Source of the DNA: Marsupella aquatica
Lineage: Eukaryota; Plantae; Marchantiophyta
NCBI GenBank assembly: GCA_973895155.1
Contig: OZ316891.1
Location: forward strand, 12,398,771-12,462,770
DNA: 64,000 bases
Reading direction: 5' to 3'
Shown: positions 10,992 through 27,712 of the stretch, in pieces
How positions within the stretch are numbered: position 1 is the first letter of the stretch
Layout: every line of letters starts with the position of its first letter
Made by a program: the position numbers and the translations under genes
Notes under the pieces: generated by a model
Seen by the model: the letters and a program-made list of their open reading frames with translations, nothing else
The model's database searches: none
What the model was told of the DNA's origin: nothing

Positions 10992-11528
10992 AATATGATG
11001 ACAACCCTCCATACCATAACATACCCAACTATTTTCTTTAAATCACTGAGTATAATGAATATAATGGCCATCCAAATGTGACAATGAAATGTACTCTGTC
11101 ACTCTTTGCCATGATTAGCCCAATTGTTTGCTTTAAATTACTAAAATGTGACAATAAAATGTACTACGTCACTCCTCACCATGTCACTAAAAAACCCAAT
11201 TCTAACCCAACTGTTTTCTTTAAATCACTAAAATGTGACCCAATTATTATTATTATTATTATAACTCAGTGAGTGATATTTCAAAACCGTACGTGGCTAT
11301 CTGTTTGGATGTGTAATTAGCTTCAAAGATGCGTCCATTCGGGCTTTACCCTGCTCCTTACCATGATAAACTCAATTATTACTTTAACTCAGTGAGTGAT
11401 ATTCTAAATACATACGTGGCTATCTGTTTGGACGTGCAATTACCTTCAGAAATGTGTCTATCAAGAACGTGTTTTCCTTGTTTTAAAATATATCACACTT
11501 TGCCAAAGGGCAAAAACTCCAAACCTGA

Positions 11529-11700
11529 ATGGCAAAGCAGCCCAATGAAGGAGAAAGGAGGAGGAAGGGCTGGTCCTAATGGCAAAGGAGCCAAATGAAG
11601 GGACAGGGCATGGTCCTAATCGCAAAGCAGCCCCAATGAAGGGGAAAGGAGGGGGAAGGGGGTCCCAATGGCAAAGGAGCCCAATGAAGGGGGGAAGGGC
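11529..11700 (+). repeat. Purine-rich degenerate tandem repeat (~40-50 bp x4)
   Basis: Recurring (T)GGCAAAG(C/G)AGCC(C)AATGAAGG...AGGG...GTCC(T/C)AAT units. Confidence 0.7.
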
Positions 11701-12745
11701 GAAGATTGAAAACTCAGGTCAATATGAACCGGACGCGCAACCAGGAGCGCAGTGGAGCACTCGCCATGAACGGGCACAGGTAAGGGATCTCGCTCCGAAG
11801 GTCGCATTCCACACGCACTCTCGCTCAAGCGGTGGGAACGCTGTACATGCACGCAGGCGACTCCACACACCTCGCTGCTGCAATCATCGCTGCTACTGCT
11901 TTCCGTCGCATCCCTGCACTCTTCAATCTCTCCTCTCCTCTCCTCTCCTCGATCGATCCCACCCTCCCTCCGCTTCCTCGATTGCAAGTCCCTTCAAAAC
12001 CCAACTGTGGCCACCGATATGGCGGTCACCCATGACGGAGATCAGAGCTCAGCTCCCTCCGGTCCTCAGGAAAGCAATCCCGCACGAGCAAGATGCGGTT
12101 GCTCGACCACGAGTGTCTCTCGTCACGACGGTCCAGCTGATCCAGTGCACTGCTCCTCATCCAGGACCGTCTCTTCACTGGGACTGCCGTCTCTCCAGCC
12201 TCCCGGAAAGCAGCACTGGCATGGCACGGTCACGCTTTATACGGCCGGATGAGATGGCAGGCATCGATCAGAACTCTTACAATTCTTGTGTCGATCTACG
12301 AGTCCTGTTTGGCGATTAGCTAATTTGACGCCACATCGTCGAATTACATAGTCGTCTTGACGTCTCATCCATCGCCAAACAAACGCCCAGAAGGTGGCAT
12401 CGTGCTGATTAATTGGAGTTCCGGTCCGTTGATGAGGCAACAAATGTCGATTTAAATCGGGGCTTGCCAGGCTTCGGATTCTGCAACACATGTGAGTTAC
12501 ATGTTAGCCTGCCTGATCATGTGATCTGAACAGCGGGTGTCAAGATCGATGGGCAGTCGATAGAACGGTGTGATGAAAGAAATTGATGTCTCATCACAGC
12601 GGGCACACGTTTCCAACATACGTGAGGCAAATTGAAGGAGGTTTAAGGAAATCCAGCATGCAGGTAGAGAGTCTGACAGCCCCGATTCACCGGATGTCTG
12701 ACTGAACATCGGCAATAATTTTGGACCTTCGCTACCAAAATTTGA

Positions 12746-15733
<2,988 letters not shown>

Positions 15734-18700
15734 ACTTATATTCTACAATCTCTGTGCGCCGCAAGGCTAGCTACACGCTTTGGAGAAACCCATTTTTTTA
15801 GGAATTGAGAAGATAAAAACATGCATCTACAGTAAGTATTCGTGTTCATGGTTTGCAGTTCTCAACTATCTGAGACGGAGTACCTTTCACTTGTTCGGCT
15901 ATTGTGAACTAGAATTTGCTTTTCCTTTAGAAGTCAAGTGCCACCTTCAGTTAGTGAGTGGTGCTCATCACTCTCTTGCTCCTAGTCTCATATCATTGGA
16001 ACTCTGTATTTAAAAAGCACAGTTCCGTTGAATGATCAAATCCGAGCAATTTCGTGTGAGTAGTTTCTTCAATTTGGAATCTGGCAGCAATCCCAATCTT
16101 ACTGGATTGAGTATCCTAAAATCACACCATTTTAATTTGGTGTTTTCAACCATCATCGTGCAACTGTCATCTGTACGCATATATTTCATTTTGTCAATGA
16201 AAGAATCTCGAGCACCTATTTAATGATTTACACATTTAACATTCAATCATCTGAACTTATTGCATGACCCAAGTTTGAACGATGAATCGAAATAACTTGT
16301 CGATATGGTTGGACTGTCTCAGCACCAATTCAAGTTTGATTTTGGAACATGAATTTTCCGTTCTTTTTCCTTGAAATCGTGAAAATTCTGGAAGAGTTCA
16401 GGTTTTTTTCCCCTATTTTAGGAACAGTAATTATAAATGTTTAATTTGTGTGGGGTAGACCCAGGGACCACTTATAAATGAAAAGCTTTTCCAAAGATAG
16501 AGCTAGGGGACAGCCCATAAGCAGGGGGGCAATGCCACCCACTGAAACTTTTAGATATTTATAAGTCTTGGAATGTCATGTGAGACTCCTCCCTTCCTGG
16601 TGCATAATGGAAGACACAAAAAAGAACCAGCATTCTGAGAACTCTTAATCAGAAAAGCAGCTCCTGAGTTTCCTAGACCAAATGTTACACCTTTGGTAAT
16701 TTGACCCAGAGAACACTGGCTGAGGCTGTAGTAAGTTAGAGTAAAATATTTCACAAGGATGTTCAAAGACCCTACCTGTAGCTGATAGTATTTGCTTAGG
16801 ATAGTCTTTTCATAGCCAAAAGAAATGTGGCAGATTCATATGAGACCAAAACCCCCTTTGCCTTATTAAGTAAGGCTTATGTGCCCACTAAGTAAAAGCC
16901 ATAAAATATTCAATTTAGCGCAAAAGGAACTGGGGTAGGAGAATCCTGAGTTAACAAGACCTACTGCAACTGTTGCCACTAGCCCAAATACCCATGCATA
17001 TGCATAGGAAGGGCTCTCCACACCCAGACTCTTCATGCTGTCTAAACTCACAAGCAAAGTCTAAATGTCATTTTTTTTGTTACCAGAACAATTATGACCA
17101 CTGCTTCACTCTACTCTTCCTGCTTGCCCAAACTCACAAGCATACTAGTTTAAATTTCAATGTTTTTTATTACCGGAACAATTATGACCATTGCTTCACT
17201 CTCGGAGTCAGGAACGGACTTTGACTGCAAACTATTTTCAAGAAATGCCAAGGGGGGGGGGGGGGGGGCGGGCAGGGCGCATTATCCAAGCCAAGGAGTT
17301 ATTTATAAACATGGTCATCTGTGGGTTGTCCCTGGATTCAGCATTGATCTTATATTTCTTAACCACACCTAGTCATTAGCCTTGGTGGCAGTTTCATACA
17401 AATTAGCAGAGCCAGTAAATCTCACTAGAGATTGTACTTGAAGCACACGTCAAATTGAATGGTGACCAATTCAGAACACTGGGCTTTGTCTTTACATTTA
17501 CTAGCCCTAACTACCCGTTCGTTGAACATGAATAGCGAAGAGTAAAATAAAAGTGTTACCAAAATAACTTCTCTAGCTATTCATATTCTTTAAAGGTTAA
17601 TGAAATGATAAAAGACCTATCAATTTAATTAGTAGTCATACGTAATATACCATTCTCCTTTTTACCCACATCCTTCTTTCTATGCACATATGTTGTGGTG
17701 GGACCATAGTGCCCATTTTTTGAATGTAAATACTTAGAAATTATCACAAAAAACTTGCATGTACCAGTTGACATACATCATAGTCACGAGTTTTTCCCAA
17801 TGCACATGAGTTTTTCCATGCACATGATGGCCATGGAGTTACGGTCTAGAGGCTCTTAAAATAGACTTCAGTTGGTGCTTTTATAGTAGGATACATCGAC
17901 ATATAGAATACCTGAGAGAAAGTTGAATTATTCGGGTGGATTGTTGTAGGTTCATTAAAAACCGTTGCCATCCTACTTACATTAATCATTCGTGCGACAA
18001 GCTCACTTTTGATAAGATAGATTTGAATGTCTAGAAGCACTTTGAACAGGGACTGATGACTACCCCAGTGCTGACAGGGTGTAAATTACTCAAGAAGCTG
18101 GATGCCAATACAACAGGAGAAAAATAGATTTGGGGGGCCAAACTCACCACCTTACTCCTTTGAGACCCTGGTCACCAATTCTAATAGTATATATATATTA
18201 CTTCTCAAATGTAGACAGATCTAAACGGTGCAAATCATAAGTGTCAAGCGCCCCCTTCCATATTATACATCCCCCTATCCTGCGTGACTCGTCTTACTTT
18301 ACTCCTCAAATCTCAGGAATTTTAACGGTGCAAATTAGGTGTCAGGCACCCTCTCCTATGGATACCTCCCACTGTCATGAGTAATTCGCCACCCTTACCA
18401 TACCTGGCCCACACCAACACCCGACGCATATCTCAAAACCAGCAACCCCAGAAATCTGCCATTTTAAATTCAGTCTTGTTCTACATGTTGAACATTTCCT
18501 ACTTGAAAACTTTAAATGCATAGTAATGTGTCGTCTTGAAAAAGAGATCCAAGACGAAAGAAGAATGTTGAGAGGATAGAGCCCTGGCCAAAAAGCGACT
18601 TTGAAAGACCATTTTGTCGTCTATCTCGAAGATACTACCCATGAAGATAATAAACATGCCCCCCAAGAGCAGTACATCCCGTCAATTGTTGCCATCTGTG

Positions 18701-19324
18701 CATTACATAACAATTCCGAAACTTCTTTGGTTGTAAGTCTCTAGCATTCGATCTGAAATTTGCCTGTTTGGATCAACTTCAATGATAACGAAAGCTAAGC
18801 ATGCAGTGCCTCCACGAGAGTTGACATTACTGTGAGGTAAGGCAATCTGAAGATAAGTGGAAAATATCTATCAAAATTAGAAAACTGCAAGTTAGACAGT
18901 ACTTCTGAGCCTGCCGTCAATTATCTTCTTCACTTGCACCGACACTGATGCCTCCAGGATATCTTTCCGTCAAGTAGAACCTTTACGGAATCCGCAAGAT
19001 AGACTACGACGAACTCTCAAGTGAATGAAGTGGTGAGCTCGATTGGTGATCATGTATGCCACTTCCGCTCGTCAGAAACAGAACTGCAGATACTTCTCAT
19101 AAGAACCCTTAATTGTGCCTTGTGTAGTAGCTAGGTTGGTGACTCACTAATAACTTATTGACTGCTAGATATCTTTTATTATAAGAACACATGTTGTACA
19201 ACTCGACAAGGTGGAGCCTATGTCAAAGTTTGATTTGAACATCGTCGCACTGTTGGCCATCCGTCAGTACGTTCTCCAATTCATTATCCATTCCGTGAGA
19301 AGCAACAACGAAAAGAGCCTGCAC

Positions 19325-22300
19325 CTTTACGAGCTTGCAAAGACTCTACCATCGTGCCCTGTTCTCCTCTCGGTTCTTACGTTCTTCAGGTGTCTAACCG
19401 AGCTGTACACCCTGCAGCCAGTACGACCAACCCGAGAAAAATTGAGAACCCGCTTTTCCTCTCTAGAAGGAACTGGAATGATAAATGCTATTTTAACTAA
19501 ATCACATTTAGCCGGAACGAATCCCTTTCCAATAGTGTGTATATCAGAAAATTTCAAAGACCTACGAACGGATGGATAAGGACTTAATGAAAACTATTAG
19601 GTCGTGCCGTGGAGCTTTCCTTACCTCCTTAGTTGCGGATACCAACCTTATTGAATCATACTCTTTCAATTGCTGGACTGTCAGAGATACAAACTTCACG
19701 ATTAATTAGAAGTAAAAGTCATCGAAAAAGCAGCATGAAATGCATAAGGTAGAAATCGTTGACACGCTCCCATGCACTCTTAAGATCCTTCGTAAGAATC
19801 TTCATGAACTAATACTGACTCCTTGCAACAACAAGAAGACACTGCATAGTCTCATTACCTGCATATTCATCAATAGGGTCCACCATGAACAGAATTTCAA
19901 AGACCCCTTTCCTTAAGCTTTTCTAGGAACGGCGAATTCTCCACTGCCTTTCTTGACTCTCCAGTGATGTATTAAATATCCTTCTGACCGTCCGTCATGC
20001 GAGTAACGTAATCCTTGAAGGACGCGAACTCCTCACCGCACTTCGTTCATTGATAGCGCAACAGTTCTGAAACATGAACCATGGTATTTTTAACTCTTCA
20101 AAGCTGCTACAAGTAACAGAGTTGCGTTGCCGTTGCAGAACACTGATTTAAGAGTTGCTCAATCAAACATTGCATTTGATACTGTTGAGCTTGGTGTAGT
20201 CATCTAGCTTCAGCAGTTCAACATCTCGACACATTTCTTTACTATGTTTTTTTAATAACCTGCGCAGATGATGAGAAACTTCCTACTTAGCCGATAGCTT
20301 ATCAATGGTAGACAAACCTAAGAAATTCATTGTCTCGATTTATTCACTAGTATTTGAAATCAACTTTGTCACATGTTTCACAAACCTAGTTTGAGCGAAA
20401 CCGTCTTTGATAACTACAACTCGTTCTTAAGTTCAAGTCTAAAATGAAATGACCTTCAAAATCTTGTTCTGCTGAAGCATTTTCCGAGAGATGTTCAAAG
20501 GAAGATGCTCCGAGTCCACGATACCCTTGATGAAGCCAAGGTACTGATGCATTATATCTTCACAATTGCCGATGAACACTCGGCGAGCGTACAGCTTAAT
20601 AGTGTCTGTTTCTTCCGGCCATCAAACTTATCGAAAGGGGCTCGTTTTGGGATGAACATAACCCGATTTAAACTCCAACTGCAAGTCAAGTGTCAAAGAT
20701 TTACACTTTTGTCAATCACTAATGAATTCCTTTTCGTTTATGTGCTCAAGGAAATGCTACAAATACTTCTGACTACAGTAGATGATATATTCACACTTAC
20801 AAAAGGAACTTAGGATACCTGGCCCTCAGCAGGCTTAGATCAAGGCAATTACACAAATATGTCATTTTGACTAGGTACAATCTTCGGTGGCATCAAGCAA
20901 GAATTTGACTAGAGCGTGGGTCACTATTGTCAGTAATTTGCAAGTTTTGGCAGAAGAGTTCATTATAAAATCATTTTGTCACAAACTGCCTGTAAGACGG
21001 TGAACTTCAGCGACTTTCGGAACTTAGAATTGACCCCCACCTCAAATGAGTGCACAATGTAAATATGAACTTTAGGCAGCTTGCTACTAGCTTTGAGCTG
21101 CCAGAATGAAAGACATTGACTGGCCTGGAAGACAGTCCAGTCTTGGAAAGAAAAAAGGCGAGCTCAGAATTTGACTATACCGTGATCACTATAGTAAGCA
21201 ACTCACAAATTTTGGCAAATTGCTCGTCATCGCTGCTTTTTCATACAAATCGCCCGAAAGTATTATACATGACTTCGTACATGACAAATTATGGGACAGA
21301 TTTGGAATCACAATGAATAAGGGACTACGGGCCCATCCTCGAAAAGGGACTGTGGAAATACAACAAGAGTACAATGTTAGCAAGAATTTGGTAATACGGA
21401 GAACATTCAAAAACAAAATAGGCCCCACCCTACAATCGAGAAAAGACCAAATCAAATAACTTGACACAGATTTGGAGATCAAATAGCAGTAGGTTCTTAC
21501 TAGTGTCTCTTTTGACTGTGAAGGATCCGCCCGCTTGAGACTCCCAAATGTACTGCTCATCGTCATTGTGACGAGTGTGAACAACAACTCTATCTGTCAC
21601 CAGATAGGCAGAGTATAACCCCACCCCAAATTGCCCGATCATACTGATATCAGCACCGGCAGACAGCTTCCATGAATGATTTCGTCCCAGAGCGTGTAAT
21701 GGTCCCGAGCTTATTCCCCAAGTCTGTCCCAGGAGCAATCAGAAATCCTGTTTTGCTGCTAATCAAGTCCAGTTTCATTCACGTTCTGTTCATCAAATCA
21801 GAAGCATGAAGTCAATCACGTAAAGACCTTCTGCTAGTTGATACCGTTGACTTGGGGATTGGCATTGTAGTCACAATCTTTTCGTTGGTTCTTCACACAA
21901 CATGAAGACGACCTGTTCAGTGTTTGGATCTCTTTTAGCTTAAGTTGACCGTGGATGAAAGAAGGCAGGAGGTAAGTTGGACCACCAATGATAGGTGGCA
22001 GGAGTATTCATGCAATCCCTAAAACAAAAAGAAGTTGTGTCTTTAAATTGATACAATACAGACGGTTACTTATCCTTGGTAATTCCAATGCCGGAATCCA
22101 CAATGGTCACGGTACTGTTGGACTTGTCCGCAATAATACGGATGTACATTTCAGATTGCAACTCTAGCTTATTTTGTCGGTCAGACTTTCAAAGCATATC
22201 TAATCCAAAGCCTGCATCCGACTCGAAGTACAAACAACCTCACGAGTTTGAAGGCAGATGGACATCAAGGGACCGGCCCCCGACTAGTGGCAATAAAGTC

Positions 22301-22649
22301 AATTGGGCTATATATTCTTACACATGATCCACGTCTCAAATTTCATATTCTGCCTTGTGACAGGTTCCAGCGACTGTGCAGCAGGGTTAAACTAGATTGA
22401 TCAACTGGAAACCAATAAAATGGTACTCACATAGGAGGCATTCGAAATAAGTTGTCTAAGGAAAATCTCCTTGTGACTGTAGAAAGTGTTGATCATGAGA
22501 CTGAGAAGCTGAATAATTTCTGCCTGGAATGCAAACGTCTCCACTTCAACACCAGCCGGCTTTGTAAACCATTCCATTTCAACACCTTTTGTTAGAGAAT
22601 CCAGTTCATCGCCACCCGCGGCAGCTACAGTCTCCGTCTCGGCTCCCAT
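19325..22649 (-). pseudogene. HSP90: Cytosolic HSP90 pseudogene (unprocessed, multiple introns)
   Basis: Exon 1 (22649-22431) [37 protein letters not shown]; exon 2 ALD*ICFESLTD...IVDSGIGITK with an in-frame TAG; [19 protein letters not shown]...[11 protein letters not shown] (~21500-21660, frameshifted); [16 protein letters not shown] (~20480-20540); YITGESRKAVENSPFLEKL (~19910-19975); QQLKEYDSIRLVSATKE (~19626-19680). The lower boundary is approximate. Confidence 0.9.
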
Positions 22650-22839
22650 TTTTTCTAGCTCCAAAGAAGCAAGATGACTTAAGACCAACAACACAAATTG
22701 AAAGGTTTCAAGCACTCTTCCACGAGCTCAAGCTTCACTGTCGTTCCGTATTGCTGATCCACAACAAGAGTCTTTTGTGTTTTCGCTTCTTAGACTTCCC
22801 TTCCCTCGCTCATTCTCCTTGACGAGCATGCATGGTACA

Positions 22840-22995
22840 GTACTTCTTGAAAAGAAACGCTAAAATGCGCATCGCACTCGAGAAGAATTAAACTGTATCC
22901 TTCCTTTATTTCTGAAGAAGAAACGCCATAATGTACTGCGCGCTCGAGAAAACTTTAAATGAATCCTTCCTCTCGTCCTTCACTCTTCCAGAACA
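22840..22995. promoter_or_regulatory. Heat-shock-element-like GAA/TTC motifs upstream of the HSP90 pseudogene, in a duplicated ~70-bp block
   Basis: TTCTTGAA, TTCCAGAA and CTCGAGAA motifs 200-350 bp upstream of the ATG; the block AGAAACGC...CTCGAGAA...ATCCTTCCT occurs twice. Confidence 0.4.
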
Positions 22996-23677
22996 ACCGT
23001 AATCGAGATACGAAGACATAGAACGCTGCTTTTCGATTCAGCTAGGCAGAGCCGGGATGACATCGACAATTATAGAGCCAAGCAGAGCAGCTGCCAACAT
23101 CCTCTGTCAACACCTGCAAGAAAGGCCGAACAACACAATGCCGGACATTCCGCTTGCTCAAGCATTCTGTAAATTCTCCTAGAGCGAGAGAAATCAGGCC
23201 ACTGCAGGTCCAATCGGTGACAAATGTGCGGGGGCGGAACAAAGGGAACGCAATTCGACTGCTGGTCCAGATTAAACGCAACCAATACAAGGGATGGGCG
23301 AGCAAACCATGACCGATGAAGGTGCACAATAATAATAATAATAATCGAGCGATGCATGGGACAGGAACGAGAAAGGTTTTACGTCCGGAACCCCGAGTGC
23401 TTGCTTCATGGGCCCGTCGCCCTGCGTCCGATTCACTGACTGTCAAGTAATCGACGGTGCCCATTCACGCTTTCTCATCATCGTCCAGGCGGGCCCACCG
23501 TCTGTCGAGCCGTTGCCGTTGGTCGCGCCGTTGAAAGGGCGACGAACGCACGATGAGCGGGAAGGTGTCAAGGCCACATTATGGGGCCCAGGTATTGCTG
23601 GTCAAAAATCCATTATCAGATACTGGCCTGGATGGACCAGCACATGAACCAGGGGACCCTTGTGGACCATACGCTGT

Positions 23678-23826
23678 GTGACATTAAAGTATACTCTCTA
23701 AAGAGTAATTACAAGTTCATTTGGGGTGACATTAAAGTATACTCAGTAAAGAAAAATTACAAGTTCATTTGGGGTGACATTAAAGTATACTCACTAAATA
23801 GGAATTACAAGTTCATTTGGGGTGAC
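23678..23826 (+). repeat. 48-bp tandem repeat x3
   Basis: GTGACATTAAAGTATACTC..TAAA....AATTACAAGTTCATTTGGG repeated three times head to tail. Confidence 0.9.
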
Positions 23827-24522
23827 TCAGGATGTAGAAGATTAATTTTAGTCATGCAGCTCTACACCAGTGGTATAGGTCTCACACTTTCCCATCTCAA
23901 CTAATCATAACCTCTATGCTCCCCATTGCCTCTATGCTCCCCATTGCAGCTAATCCTAAGAAATCGGGCCCATCGCAATTGCAGCTGGTCGCAAGCCATA
24001 GGACACCACTAAAATTCACTCACACAATACTACAAGGGATGGAATATATACCCCCTACAGCCGGTGTGTGAGGAGTTACAGGTCACCCTTCACACGGAAG
24101 TGTAAAGTGTGTCATCCAAGCCCAGAAGTACATTTTGCAAAGGTCCATCTGAGTTGCAAATATCCTAAGGAGCATTTCATCAAACTTGAAGGTCCATCTG
24201 GGCTTCAGCTTTTACATATATTTAGAATGAGGAATTACTGATTTTTATCAAGTATTGTGGTTTGCACTGATATGGAGTCTGTGACATAATATTCATATGT
24301 TGTCACATTTTGATGTGTAATTACTGGAATGCGATTAAAAAGGGACCTGCATTTGGGACTTTAATAACTAGAAGTATAGTGAACTCTCCCCAAGGGTGAG
24401 TTTTACAAGAAGTTCAGTCAACAATCCAACAACCACAATTGCATGAGTGATTTCTAAGCCTAGTGAGGGCTCTACAAAAGAAAATTCTCATCCATCCATA
24501 TAGCGGGCCATGTAGTCCACAA

Positions 24523-24866
24523 TGTTGAGCATAGACGACATTCGTAACGGCAAGCCCATGAACCATCCAACGCACAATAGTCGACACAGAGAGATACGTG
24601 GTTCACCTCCACATGAGGCTACGTCCACGGGAACACACAAGAGCTTTACTGCACTCTAGGCCGACCGGCCATACCAAGCATCCACAGCACAAGCTCTCCC
24701 TATCTCTCAACTAGCTCCGTAACAATGAGCCTAAGTTCCACCAGGGTCTGGCATCAGCCCTGGCTATATGCACAATAGCACTACCGCTAACATTAGCTAA
24801 GTCGTAACCCGAGTTAGACTAACTGTGGTTAGCTCATGAGTCACAAGACTAGAGCAATATCTAACA
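24523..24866 (-). repeat. 3' LTR of copia B
   Basis: Direct repeat of 31122-31465, adjacent to the polypurine tract. Confidence 0.95.
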
Positions 24867-25073
24867 AACTCCCCCTTGACTCTTGTCTTGGGGACTGGAC
24901 TAAATGCAACCATATGGAATCCTCAGCGGGAAGTTCTAGACAATCACCAAACCAGGTCTCCCCCTAAAAACCACAAGGGTTAACTAAGGGTTAACTAGAA
25001 CTAAGCCGTAGCCAAACAGGAATGAGTAATCCATATACAAATAGTCACACATTGCTAAATAACTCTACTTGCA

Positions 25074-27712
25074 CTACAATTGCAAAACCTGCAAAGTAGC
25101 ACGGTGTCTTGAGAAACTCTCCAAAGGAATCACTTTGGTAAAAGCATCAGCGGGATTGAGCTTTCCATCAATTTTGACTAGCTCAAAAGTTTTATCAGAC
25201 ACTGCTTGCCTGATAAAATGGTACCTGATATCAATGTGTTTCACCCTGCTATCCATCACCTGGTTAGCAGCCAAGTGAAGAGCACTCTGACTATCACAGT
25301 TTAGAGTCATTTTTCCATGCTCTAAACCCATCTCCGCGATCAACTTATCCAACCAAATTGCTTCCTTTGTTGCTTCTGCTGCTGCAACATACTCTGCTTC
25401 TGTAGTAGACTGAGATATGCACTTCTGCAAGGTACATTTCCAACTGATACATCCTCCTCCAAGAGTGTATACAAACCCAGTTGTAGACCTCCTTGTATCC
25501 AGACAACCTCCATAGTCAGAATCTACATAGCCAACTAACGTTCTATCTGATCTGTTATCAAATAGTAATCCATAGTCCTGTGTACCCTTCAGATACCTGA
25601 GAATCCATTTCACAACTTCCCAATGTACCTTCCCTGGATTTGACATGAATCTGCTAACCTTGCCCATCGCTAGGGCCAAGTCAGGCCTAGTACAAGTCAT
25701 CAAATACATCAGACTGCCTACTGCCTTCTCATAAGGAATCTTAGCCATCAGACCTTTCTCCACAGCATCCGTAGGAGAGAAAGCCGATGATAACTTGAAA
25801 TGTGAAGCTAAAGGAATACTCACTGGCTTACAGTTTTCCATATTGAATCGTGCAAGTACTTTCCTCGCATACTGGCCTTGACTCAAGCACAACTGTCCAG
25901 TCTCAGAGTTCCTAAAAATCTCCATCCCTAAGATTCTCTTAGCCTTACCAAGATCCTTCATCCTGAATTCAGCACTCAATTTCGCCTTGAGACTGTCAAC
26001 CTCATATTGATCTTTAGCCACAATCAGCATGTCATCCACATAGATCACCAGAATGATGAAACCAAACACATCATTCTTGACTGATTTCGTATACACACAA
26101 GGACCATACACCATCCTTGTAAAACCTTGAGCAAGCATGAAATCATCAAACCGCTTGTTCCATTGTCTGGGAGACTGCTTCAATCCATACAAGGACTTGA
26201 GCAATCTGCAAACTAAGTTCTCTTGGCCCTTCTTCATAAAGCCTAGTGGCTGTCTCATGAAGATCAACTCTTCCAAATTGCCACAGAGAAAAGCAGTAAC
26301 AACATCCATCTGATCCATCACCAGACCAAAAAACACAACAAGCTGACACAAGATCCGAATTGTGGAATACTTAGCCACCGGTGAAAAGACCTCATTGTAG
26401 TCCACTCCTTTCTCCTGAGTGAACCCCTTGGCAACAAGCCTTGCCTTGTAGATCTTATCTCCACCCTCTGAAGGACTATCCTTCAACTTGTAAATCCACT
26501 TACTGTCCACCACTTGCTGACCTCTTGGAAGCTCCACCAGCTCCCATGTCTTGTTGTCACTCAAAGATTGCAACTCCCTTTGCATTGCTGCATTCCACTC
26601 ATGCTTCTGCTTTGAAGCACAAGCCTCACTGTACGAAGAAGGCTCTCCTTCTTCGAAGATCAAAGCCATGTCATCATCATCAGGTGCAATATCAATATCA
26701 TCTAGCTTAGATGAGTCTGCCCATTGACCATACCTGGTAGGAGCTCTAGTAGAACGACTGGAAGTTCTTCTAGTAGATGACTCAGGCTGATCTGCTGCTG
26801 CTGCTGGTTGAATTTGAGGTATCCCAGCAACAATCTGCTCCTCTTGTTCCATCATAGGAACGAGCTCCAAGCCCGGAGCTTCTCCATCTCTCCTGTCATG
26901 AACTGCATCATGACTAATCTCCCCCTCAACCCGGTCCGGGATGGGAGATTTCCCCTTGTCAGTCTGGGAGTCCTGAGAACTCTCCCCCTCCTTTGATGAT
27001 CTGGACTCATTAAAGGACACATCTCTACTGACAATTAACTTACAGGTTACTGGATCCCATAACCTATAACCCTTCACACCTTTTTGATAGCCAAGGAAAA
27101 TGCACTTCTTCGACTTGGACTCCAACTTGGATCGAAGCTGAGAAGGTGTAAGCACATAAGCATCACATCCAAAAATCCTTAGATGTGAGTAATCTGCTGG
27201 ACGCCCGTACCTCATTTCAAATGGCGTCTTGAATCCAATAGAACTGGATGGAGAAAAATTTACCAAATAAGCTGCAGTGTTGACAGCTTCAGCCCAAAAC
27301 TCATGTGGTAAGCATGATTGACTCAACATACTCCTCGAGCGGTCCAATAGTGTTTGGTTGAGTCTCTCAGAAACACCATTCTGCTGAGGAGTATAACTTG
27401 TTGTGAGATGGCGGGTTATCCCCTGCTCCTTACAATACGTTCCAAATTTCCCGGAACTGTATTCACCGCCATTATCCGATCGTAGATATCTCACCTTATT
27501 ACCAGTCTGATTCTCAACTTGGGCTTTCCACTCCTTAAAAGTGGCAAAAACATCAGACTTACTGTGTAGAAAATATATCCACACATACCTTGAGTAATCG
27601 TCTATGAACGTGACATAGTATAATCGTCCAGAATGTGAGGGAGTAGGGGCTGGACCCCACACATCACTATGTACATATTCAAGTACCTCCTTGCTGGTGT
27701 GAGTTCCAACTC
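25074..27712 (-). CDS. Copia B pol: integrase core, reverse transcriptase, RNase H (uninterrupted, >860 aa)
   Basis: YVHSDVWGP, FIDDYSR, LRSDNGGEY, PQQNGVSER, GVKGY (integrase); YKARLVAKG, QMDVVTAFL, YVDDML (RT); YVDSDY, KHIDIRYHFIR (RNase H). Confidence 0.95.

Noticed and set aside
11579-12319. 246-aa ORF upstream of tubulin
   Set aside because: It starts in a tandem repeat, runs through GC-rich low-complexity sequence and has no recognisable motif.
23678-23826. CRISPR-like array
   Set aside because: The units are contiguous 48-bp repeats without unique spacers, there are no cas genes, and the context is eukaryotic.
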